A DNA stretch of 54,252 bases from the NCBI GenBank assembly GCA_023231475.1, contig JALJEE010001644.1, forward strand, positions 62,001 through 116,252, read 5' to 3'. The DNA is from Seison nebaliae. Taxonomy: Eukaryota. Position numbers and translations under genes: made by a program. Positions within the stretch are counted from its first letter, which is position 1; each line of letters opens with the position of its first letter. Positions 35,388 to 46,964 of the stretch are shown piece by piece. Below the pieces are notes generated by a model. That model saw only the letters and a program-made list of their open reading frames with translations. It was not told the DNA's origin and searched no databases.

Positions 35388-36883
35388 GTCGCTAAGCAAT
35401 GAAGATGAAATGTGTATTATTGGATAGAAATCATGAAATGCTTTTATCATAAATTAAAAGATTACACTTCACATGAGTAAAAAGGAGGAGGAAGAGATTG
35501 CATTCTGTGTAAAGTAACAATAAATTAGGCTAAATAGAAAATACTCAGATGAATAGGTGCCTTTCTATATTCCATTAGAGGTACATGGAATATGTTTCGA
35601 TCCATGTCGGTCCGAATAAATCTTTCCATCTTTGAATGAATGACTGAATGAAAAAAATAAAGATTTTCTCATCAATCACAATATTGTTACCATCGTATAA
35701 TGTTACTACTTTTATACGTATAATAATAGGAGAGAATAATAAGTTCACCTTTAATTTTTATCTGACACTACAAACCAACATTGAAATATACTTCCTTAGC
35801 ACACTATTCCTTTTAACAAGCCCTCTGTTTCTTTTACTATCACTCATAATTTCTCCGGAAAAATGGAAGCAGTTGTAAGAATTAAGAATAGTCATGATGG
35901 TGATGATGGAAATTTCACATCAATTACTCTTTGCTCCATGAATCAATGTTTTACATGAAATCCTTCGAAAACAACAACCTTTATTCCAGTTAGTTAATTC
36001 ATCTATAATTGTCGACTTGTACTATAAAGATAATGATATGGAATAATGATGCCTTAGTCTCTTAAATCATTTAATTTATATATAAATATATAGATGACTA
36101 AAATTAGACAGCATACTTCTTCTATATCATTTCCAATGAATTCACTATCGATTTTCCTTTCAATTTTATATTTTCTCCTTCCATCTTTACATTTAACCAA
36201 AATTTTTATTTATGAATTGCATAATTCCCGAATAATGATATCCTACGGAAATTTGAGAGTTCTCTTTCTTTTTTTTGTTTACTACTGAATAAATATGGAG
36301 TTCAATTGCACTTGCAAATTCTGCGAAAAACTTTTCCTCTAAATTTAGTTATCGAGCTACTTATCTTTTGAGCCACTTCCTAAGTAGCTCCAACGAACTA
36401 CTTCGTTGGTTAGTTGTCTAAGACTTTGAAAGAAATTGACATTTTTCGATTGGTTTATTTAATTGATTAAACTTATTTTATAAATGAAATATTGAGGTGC
36501 TGATTATATTACAAAATCAATCAGGATTTACAATGAAGAATTAAGTAGCGGATTTGAGAAGATGTAGGTAGATGGACAGGTAAACGGAGATAACTATGTT
36601 GAATAAATAAAAGGAGAAAATTAGAAATATAATTATTGTTCAGAGGAAAGTAATGACGATATTTAATTGGAAATGTAATACGAAAGTAATTTATATATTG
36701 CACTCGAGAAGTTCGGTACGTGATACGATAGTGCTCGGGGAGATGAATGCAATTTAAAATGTATTAGAACCAGTTCCTTCTTGTTAGTGGAATTACATGC
36801 TTTGGAATTATATTTCTTTGAATCACCAATTCTTGTTGATTTTATCATGATTATCTATTGGAGTTCGAAGAATATATCGTTCT

Positions 36884-39273
36884 TTATGCAACGTATACAA
36901 TCCAGTAAGTGAGACTAAATGCAAAGAATGCTAATGGAAAAATGATTCTTGCGAAATATTCTACATTATTCGCTCGGCAACGACCTCCACAATAATCGAT
37001 ATATTGCAAACGGTCCTCATAATAATCGTCATTCTCACAATGATTCCTGTTATTATTATTAGAGAAATTGATATCTTCTGATTTGTCATTTAAGCAGAAC
37101 GACAAATTCGTCTTTCTATTCTTTCCACCATTCCTATCTCGTCTAATATTCCGGTCATTCCAACACAATTCAATATCGTTCGTTTCTGATTTGGATAATT
37201 TGTTTTCTTTTGATGCATCTGAAGGGAATTGTGATTTTGGTAATGTCTTCCATTGATTATCATTACACGAATAAATAGTGACAGGCTGGCCAAAGGGGAA
37301 TTTAATTAATGATTTCGTATTGGTCATATCTTTCGTTAGAGTGAGATTTTCCTCCGAAAAATTATCTTCATCTAAAGTTGTCACGTTGCTACTTTCTTCA
37401 CTAACATCGTTGTTATTGTCGCTATTGTTGATATTATTGTTATTGTTGTTATTGGTATTGTTGTTATTGGTATAATGACTGGCATTATATAAAGTAAATG
37501 TTTGAGGTACTGAATGTTGAACGATGATAGATGAATTTTGATTTTGTATAGGAATTTGTCGAGGAGTCCCACCATGACGTTGACGGTTTATGGTTGATTG
37601 ACATCCAGGATTTTGGGTATGATTTGTGCAATTTGGATATATCTCATCAGTATGGACAGGAGAATAATAATTGTCTTTGTCCATTTTAGTTTGAACTAAC
37701 ATCGGAATAATCGCTTCATCTTCCGGATATGTCTGACTGTCTTTACTTCGTCGTTGAGTAATCGATTTTCTAATTTTCTTTCTTCGGCGTTCTTTATCAT
37801 TCCTCACTTTCTCTTGCCTTATCAGTACATTGACTATGGCAAATTCCAACAATGCGAAGAAGACAAAACTGAGACATGTGGCATTCCAGATGTCGATCGC
37901 TTTGACATACGACACTTTTGGAATATCTCGAACACCAGCCTTCTGAGTGATGATTGTTAGAACCTTGGAAAAGAAATCAAATTTATTTGAAAAGAACTAT
38001 CACAATGTCAACTGTTAATAATCCAAGTGTGACTCTTGCAGGAACAGCTTCAGCATCAATCCAAAATGAGAACCACGAAAGAATGACAATGAGAATTGTA
38101 GGAATATAAGTTTGAATTAAGAAATATCCAGATTGTCTCCTTAGAACAAACGTAAGAAGTAGACCGGAATATGTACCTGAAAATTGAATTTAGAAATCTC
38201 ATTTTCAAAAATTGAATAAAACCTGTACTATGAATTCGTGCCTCTGTTGAATGATTGTATTTCTTGAGGAAGAATTCTGGTAATTGAAGTTTTCGATTAA
38301 CTTCAACCGGAATTGTCTTATTTGTCCAAATTAATCGTATTTTCCGATTTGTATATGCATCTGGTATTTGAACAATTTTAAAATTGAAAATTTAAAAAAG
38401 AGAAATTAAACAGCTTGCCACTTCCATCACGCAGGTTTGTGTATCGAAAGGAAAATATCTCATATCCATCGGACAAGACATTCTTAGACTTAATCTAATT
38501 TTAAAAAAAAACCACTTGAAATTTTAATGAATGAATAAGATTCACCTCTGACTATAAAGAATATCACCGTTGCTTCTTATGCGGAGTAATTTGTTTGGTT
38601 TACTAACGTCATGTGAACGACCTTCACGATCGTTGGCGAAGAAGGTGTCAGGTAACCATAACTGATGAATATAATGAGTGAAAGATAATTGAAAATGAAA
38701 TTGGAACTTTAGATAATGTTTGAGAGTCGAGAGTCAACGTCAAATTCATTAATGATTTCTTTGACAAATGTGCAAATTGATCGTGCACTATATGATGCCA
38801 TTGAAGACGAGGATCATTCCAGCGTTGTCGAAGATATAATATTATCCAATAATCCTGTACAAATGGAATTTTAAAGGAGAAGATTTAACAATCGAACCAT
38901 ATTCACGTCGTTGACAGCATACATCTGTACCACATAAACATTAACTTCGACCGTTGTGGCTTTCGATCTTTGTGCTAGAAATTGTGTTTAATAATTTGAA
39001 TCGTCAGTGATGAGAAAAAGGAAAACCGTTTGGATGATCATTTGCATCATAATTGTTCATCAATTCACGGAAAACGTGTGTTACATTAACTTCGATATCG
39101 GAGGGAAACGTTTCCTTCACCTCTTCATCATCGGCGAATGTTTTGGGAGTTGGACCGTCGTAATTAGAATAATCAGAGAAACCAAGGGCACTTACAGATA
39201 TGTTGTTCCAGGAAAGGAGAGAAAGATAAAATAAGAATAATATTTTAATAATTATTGGACAATACTCATCCAT
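36884..39273 (-). CDS. Cys-loop ligand-gated anion-channel subunit 2, 8 exons, long Asn-rich M3-M4 loop
   Basis: [21 protein letters not shown]; Cys-loop [17 protein letters not shown]1 [18 protein letters not shown]2 [16 protein letters not shown] (PAR anion motif); [11 protein letters not shown]4 [12 protein letters not shown]. Confidence 0.95.
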
Positions 39274-42200
39274 AATCCATTCAATGAATGAAATTATTGT
39301 TATAGATGGTGAGAGACATCTAGACACTATATGAGAAGTTAAGGAGTAATAAGATGAAATTTTAGTAGAAATCTTTAAAAAAAGAAACTATCGAATATGA
39401 TGTAATGAATAATAAAAGAATGCGCTACCAAGATACGTATATGTTAAATAAGTTTGTATAACTTTCCTCATACTATCCATTTGATTAGTTCGATATGTTA
39501 CAGTCGAACATTAATGAATATATAGATCATCCAATCTGGTGTGATGGTTGATAGAAGGAGAGAGTATTACTATTACTACTAGTATAAGTAGACGTGTGAA
39601 AATAAGAAGTTTTGCTTTTCTGAAAATCCCAAATTGACGAATACGAGTTAGAAAGAAGAAAAAGAAGATTTTATTTATAGTTCGACTCCAAAACCCAAAT
39701 ACAACCTCTTCAATGTCAAGTATTCAATCGAACGCAACTTTCCACATGATACCACTAATCGTAATAACGATGATTGTGTTATTAACGGAAAAGGTAAAGT
39801 GTCGATCAGATGTATCATAAGATCAGTTTAACAAATCTTTTAATCTATATTTCTCTTCTCTATATTTCCCCACAAATACATGCGCGAATTAAAAAAATGC
39901 AGAGTCATTGCACTAATATTGCATAAAAGGCACGATTACTATTAGAGGAAGATGATATAACATTCTACTATTTACCATATGAACATAACGACATACTCAT
40001 ATCGGTACCTAAATATCAAATAGAAAACTGAAGACAACTAATGATATAAAATCAAATGGCATATTATTCTCGTAACATATTATTCTTCTCTTCAAATCTG
40101 AGGTGTCTTATTGTTCAAATACAAAAGTAGAAGATACCTCGTCTCTCCTCCATCTCTTCCTCATAAGATATTTCCTCTAAACTTTTCATTTCAAATATGA
40201 CTGACACCAAATTCCATATTGATAATATGTCTACCGATGTAATCATTAAAATTATTTTTTCTGTGCATAAACTTTGGTATTTGTTCGGTCATAAGAATTT
40301 TTCAATTCATCTTCCTATTTATTTTACCTCAATCCTTCTATTCAATTAGTGATATTTAAAGAACGAAAAGAAAGAAGTAATGTCTCTCCTACAAAATCAG
40401 AAAGTCAATAAGAACTGATGCCATTTCTTTAATTTTCCTTCAAATGACGAATTCATCTATATTCCCCCAACTTCAAAGTCGATATTGCCTTCAAAAAAAA
40501 AACGATAAAAATATTAAGAGATTGAATATTTTCTCCTAAATATCGTGATCGACCAAAAAGGAAATTTGATTGTTTATTATCACTTATCAACCAGATTGTA
40601 GACGACCTACTGAAAAATGACTACCTACTTCGACTACATAAGTCGACGGAAAATGTTTTATCTGTCGATAAAAATAGATGGAGAATAACTTACATAGGAA
40701 TCATCGTCTGATATCATTATCTTTCATTATATTAAACATCAACGATTTGTTGAAAGAGATCGTCTTTTTACTTAAAATCATCAAAACTCTTCGCTATTCA
40801 ACAATTCGAATATCTGAATTCATTTCAATGTAGCTTAGTCAATTTGACTCGTTTCATAACTAATCTATGTTAATTATTAATTTAATTTTGTTCATGGTTA
40901 AATTGTGTCGATCTTCTGATCTTCAAATAATAATATTGAATTTTTCGTCTATTCCGGATAATTGCAACCTTCGTCCCCAACTTCGATTATCTGTATTTCA
41001 TGACCAAAAAGAATTTCCGCGTCACACAGAATAATTAAGAGAAAATTATAGAAGAATTCTTTTCAACAACTTTTTTTTCATGGATGTCTCTGATTTTGAA
41101 GAACTAAAAGGAAACAGGAAATTTTAAAGAAAAATGAAAAACAAATTTTCTCGTTTTGTTACTAATTTTCTTCATTTGAATTTTTTTAAGGTGATTTAGC
41201 CGAAACATAATATTAACTAAAAAAAGGACATTATTGCTTTAATGGACATCCAACATACCTAATACTATACCTACTAAATACATAATAGTACCTAGAAGCT
41301 AAAACGTAGCTTATCCATTGGAAACAACTTGAATTACAATTCCTACTTTTTGACAAATGTAGAGTATATCCATTCAATGAATTGGTATACATAGAAAAGG
41401 AGAATTTTTGAAGGAAATTAGCTTTTACAAATTTTATGTAATAAATGAAGGTAAATTATTGATATGTTGTAACATAGTTTAGTCGAATGAACAAGCTGCT
41501 CTCATAGACAAAACAAATCGAAATTAGAGCAACATTAATTTCATAATTTTTAGCAATTAAAAATTTGTTTGCCTCATATATCATTAGAATATATATCAGG
41601 AGAATGTTCCAGCTTTACGTGTCGATGTTGTGTTTGAGTATAAACTTGATTCTCACTTAACAAACAAACGGCAAAGTACAAAAAAATGGTAAAGAAGAAA
41701 AGGAAGAACAATATTATCAAACATGTAATTTGATCGCGCTTCATATATGAAAGGAGAATGTGTAAACCGGGAAAGATTCTCATGTTTAATGATACAATTT
41801 CTAGGTCATCCCATCTATCTAAACAATTCCAATTGATAATAATCACTGCAATTTAGAGTCTCTTATCTTAACATCCAACTTTCTAACGTTTCGTTAATAT
41901 ATTCATTCCTTCTGATCATCTTCTCAAACGAAAAAGATTTGTTGTAAATATTTCGAGATATTAAAATTCAAAAATATTGACTTATATTTTAGTTTATCAA
42001 TTTATATTTATATATTCTGTCAGTCGATTTATCCTAACTATAAATGTTAAGTGGGAAAAATTCTCACCGGCTATTCTATGTACCACAACATAAAGACGGA
42101 TGATGATGAACATATTGGGATTCTCACATTTTGAGATTTTTACATCATGTCCCACCGGAAATATTACACCAGACTTTATTGTTTTCAGATCAGGCAATCA

Positions 42201-44081
42201 ATTTTTAAGAAACTGTCTACTAAATGTTGTTAAGACGAATTTGTGAAGGAAATGAAAAGAACTAATAGATTTTATGGAGTTTCAAAGAAATTCTCAAAAT
42301 ATTGTCATAAACGAACAGAAAACGATGAAACTAATTGCGTCTTGTTCGAAAATGCAAAGTTTCGGAGCCAAGTAGATGAATGTGAAAATATTGCTCGTGA
42401 TGAAAGCACTTGAATATGATGACAATAAGTACATAAGATTGAATAACATTTCAATGTCAATAGAGAAGGAAAACTTCAGTTTTTTATCAAGTAAACTCTA
42501 AGAAAAAAGGAAGAACATATTCCTTATTTAATAAAATGCCTTGGGTCTTTCTGTTCATATTTAATATATCGAAAATTCATAATAAGTACACATCCATTTT
42601 AAACTATACCATTTCGAACAAATGAGAATGATATATTTTGAATGAGAAGAAATTCATACAAATAAAATCACTTATTCGACAAAATAAACTGAAGTTGATT
42701 TCTATCCATGAGTCCAATTGAAAAAAAAAGGAATAAAGAACCCAATCTTATTCAATTCGAATGGACATTTTCTTTACTGATTTACTCAGTTTTCTCTGAT
42801 AGAACAAACAATTTGTGTTTATTTATGTAATATCTTATAAATAAAAATCATAGACAGGATTATGATAAGAAAATTTAATTAATTAATTAATTTCATTTTA
42901 AAAGAAATTAGTTTCGTATAATGCATTTCCTATCTTCCTTACTTTTTCATGTCCACTTATATGGTATTCTTATTCGATAAAAAAGAATTAATGTTTGAAT
43001 AATAATAATAATAATATCAGGCAGGCGATACATTCTTTCTGATCTCAAGGAAAGTTAGAAGTGAAATACTAAAATAACATTCCTATGAGTCCAATTGGCA
43101 TACGAAGGATGAATTGATACATGAGCATCTTGTGCTCTCTGAAACCTAATGACATCTACTGCTTCTCTCCTACTCTACTAATCTCATATTGCTGACATTT
43201 AATCAGAGCAAGTATTTTTGATTGTGGCACATTGTCTGTCAACTGAAATAAAATTGAAAAACAATTATCTTTCTAATCTGATCTAATCGAGACTTATTAT
43301 AATCTATTCCATCAAGTTTTACTGTTTCGATTTAATTTGATCGGTTAATATGAAGTTTTATTCATCCAATATCTGAAACTAACATAATAATTGTAAGAAA
43401 ACTCATTTGAATAATAGATGTTCTATTATTAATTCGGTTACTTTTTATTTCTATTAACAAATTATGTTCTTAAATAATTCAGGTTGGATTGGAATCAATT
43501 GAATGGAATTATTCGGAGAACAAAATTTAAGTGAGATTTCAAAAAATTATTTCAGAAAACTATTTTCTTTCCGTATTTATAGGCATTTATTAAACATAAT
43601 TATTTTACCTGCTTTCGTCAGAATGATATTATCACCATCGGAAATGGAAGAGAATTTGTATTAAATGGGAAATTATGTTGAATTGTAACAAATTAGTTTT
43701 CCCTTCACAAAATTTATTTTTCTGCAAATGACGCTCATCTATGTTTGTGTAATTACGTGAGAGTATTTTCTTTATCAGATTGTGACGTCGACTATAACAG
43801 ACTGGTAAACAAAGATTCGACTGTTAACTTACTTAACTCGACGTTCCCTCGACTGGAAAATACTTAAAAAAAGAATTTCAAATATTTTTATTTATTTAAC
43901 AGATTTCCATGTCGTTGAGATGACGTAAGAAGAAGAAAAAAAAGAAGAAACAATTATAATAATTCAATGTTCAAAGGAAATAGAATTATTATGAAAAAAA
44001 ATTAAATTTTTAATGAAAAAAAAATATTTTCCATCTTCACCAAATTAATTCCATTCGATGGAAGATGATCTGTTTTAACGA

Positions 44082-45003
44082 TTATTCAGCAAATGCTATT
44101 TGCAACTTATTCGTTTCATCCAGTTGATAATCAGACATATCCCGTTTGGCTACTGCTGCGTTCGCTTCCGAATCGAATTCGACGAAGGCTATTGTCGATT
44201 GATCAGGAACGATTCTCACATCTTTATATCCGACAAATCTACAAAATTATATGAATCAATAAAATTTAATGATGTGGATGATAAATAACCGTGAGAATAA
44301 TTCATGGATTTTATCCTTCGTTGTTCCTTCGATAAGATTCTTTAAGAATAATGTGTTACCTTCCGCCAATTCTCTATCCAAATCGAATACCATTAATTCA
44401 TATTAAATTTAAATAAAATCTAACCGATATTGAGGGACATGTTTCGGTTTCTTTCCTGTCATAATTCTCTTGTTCATTTCTATGTTAGATGTTCCTTTCT
44501 TTTGAGCAATTATATGAGAATTCGTCTTGGCAAATTGAATTCTCTAACATTCGAGAAAACATTTTCTTTTCTAAATCTCTAAATAAATTAACCATCGGTT
44601 TATCATAAAATGGAAATGATTGCATACATTTCAACGCATCACTCGCACTACTAATATCATCAAAGATAACGAACGCTTGTCCTCTCATTTTGAGCGTACG
44701 AAACGCTAGAATATCTAAAATCTTTCCGAATTGACTGAAAATCGCATGTAAACTCTTCTTTAAATCTTTGAAAAAAAAAAGTTGAATAATTTACAGAAAG
44801 AAATTGGAACCATTCTTCTTAATTTTCTCGTTTAAATTATTGATGTAAATCGTATGGTTTGGAACCGTTACCATGGTCGGCGGTGCCATTGGAGGTACGG
44901 GAATCGTATTAACCGGTATTGGTGGCATTTCATTTTGATTGGGAATAATTGGAGCATCAGGATGTGCCATTGGAACATCAGGTTGATTGGGGTCAGATAT
45001 CAT
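44082..45003 (-). CDS. snf: U1A/U2B''/SNF-family snRNP protein (two RRMs), 5 exons
   Basis: [71 protein letters not shown]2 [37 protein letters not shown]. Confidence 0.95.
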
Positions 45004-45566
45004 TCTGAATTTAAAACGCAATAAATTCGACAGAAATTTTTATTGAAAATTTCTCAGTTTATCTTAAGCTAAAAATAAAAAATTCTTAAAATGTTAAAAA
45101 AAATTGGTAAAAAACTTGAAAAATAATTTTCTGATTAAGCGAATTGGAAACATCTTCTCCCCCCAAATATTTTTAATTCTTAATATTTTGTGGTTAAATG
45201 TTCAGTTATAAAGTTTCTAATTGGAAACAGAAAATGGAAAAAAACATTACTAATTATAAAAGATAATCTAATTCATCTAAAGAATAGTCATAAAATGTTT
45301 ATTGTTAATTGTTTGTCCAGTTAAATTGGCGTATAACTTATACGTCATAATTAACTATGATCTGACGTCATTATGTCGATAAATGGATAAAATTGAAATA
45401 AAGTATTGGAAGATTCCTTTCGAAAGTAATTTATTTTTCTTTCGAATTGATATTTGGAGGAGAAAATGTTGGAAGACAATCGATAAATTGAATATTTTTT
45501 TTGCTATTAACCATAACCACTGATTAATTAATGAGAATTGTAAACTCATTTTCTTCTCTAATAAAG

Positions 45567-46386
45567 GGACAACGACGACGAAGAACCTGACGAGAATGAA
45601 GATAATGAAGATAATGGAGATAATGAAGATAATGAAGATAATGATGATGATAGTAGAACAACATTAAGTAACCCAGTTGTCAGAAATGAAACTAATTCTG
45701 AAAATTTGAATATTTCTTTGGAAATAACAAGTTCTTCGATAAATCATCTCTTTTCAGAAGATAATAGTTCTACATCTAATGGTCCACAGTACTCCACTAC
45801 TGAACCATTAACAATCAGAAGTTCCACAAGTTTATTCATAAAAGATTCTACGTTGACCGATCAATTGACAAGTATGATGAGTTCCATATCTGGAATATCG
45901 AGTACCAGAAGCACTGAGTTAGATGAAACTTCTTCGAAAATTTATCTCACATCTCTTAAAAGTAATAGAATATCATCTGGTGTGTCATCTACTGACGAGA
46001 TCGTACAACAGGAAGTAAGATCTTCAACTGAAGATTATTCTACTGATGATTCGACTGAAATAACGAATTTGATTTCTAGTGATTCGACATTAATATCTAC
46101 ACTTACAAAAACGACGACACAAACTACTACCAATCTTCCAACTAGTTTACCATTCATTTCAACATCGACAGCAAAAATTACAACAACAATAACAACTACA
46201 ATTACTACTATTAAAACTTTCAGAGATACTTCGTCATTAATTTCAACTTCCCTTATAACAACTACTACTCTAGGTAGTACTAGTACTAGTAGTGAAGATG
46301 GAACATCTATCAAGGATCGAGAAACTAGTTCCAATACTCTAATTTCTAGTCCTTCGTCCAATAACACAAATAACATCAATGTCTAA
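45567..46386 (+). CDS. Probable terminal exon encoding an acidic (EDN)n then Ser/Thr-rich mucin-like region; upstream exons unresolved
   Basis: Frame open from a candidate AG acceptor at 45565-45566 through a 9-bp GAAGATAAT repeat into the 226-aa S/T-rich ORF. No in-frame ATG at its start. Confidence 0.5.
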
Positions 46387-46626
46387 TTGATTCTTGTTCT
46401 TTAGGAATTAGTTTCATATTTTTTAGATAAAAAATTTCACATATTTAAATCTCAATTGTATTTTTAGTTAATAAATAATAAAATAAATAAAAATGGAATT
46501 TAATGTTATTTCATTTAGCTTTTCTTAAATAATAATCTTATTGTGATGATGAAAGGAACAAGATAAATAAATTTTATTTTCAATTAGAAAGCTTCCGAAT
46601 TCTTCAGTTAAACAAATTTTTTTTAA

Positions 46627-46964
46627 ATGCCGAAATCAGTTCCGAGAGACGTCGGTCCAATTATTCAATGGATCCGTAATCGTTTGTTAATGAGACAAGT
46701 GGTAACATCACATAGATTCGAGGAATATTATTCTCCTAGAACTTTACCCAAAGTTGAATTGCCGAAAGGTGAGAATGATCATATCAGTTCCAACGACTAT
46801 TTTCAACGTGATGGAAGACGAATGATGGGAAATCCAGAAAAAATCGACTTAAATTTAAGTTTATTCTTAATTTCCTTTCAAATTAATCAAAATTCTTTCT
46901 ATTTCCAGATAAGAAATTTACTGGCGAATCATATCAACCAGGAAAAATCCATCGATATGATTAA
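46627..46964 (+). CDS. NDUFA7: Complex I accessory subunit NDUFA7 (B14.5a), 2 exons (46627-46858, 46909-46964)
   Basis: IIQWIRNRL..SPRTLPKVELPKG..ISSNDYFQRDGRR matches NDUFA7 LIQRLRNW..SKRTQPPPKLPVG..LSNNYYCTRDGRR; 50-nt intron GTTTAT..TCCAG. Confidence 0.9.

Noticed and set aside
43015..43080. U1 snRNA-like sequence (GGCAGGCGATAC..GATCTCAAGG)
   Set aside because: Only superficial similarity; lacks the 5' ACTTACC arm, the ATTGCAC loop and an Sm site.
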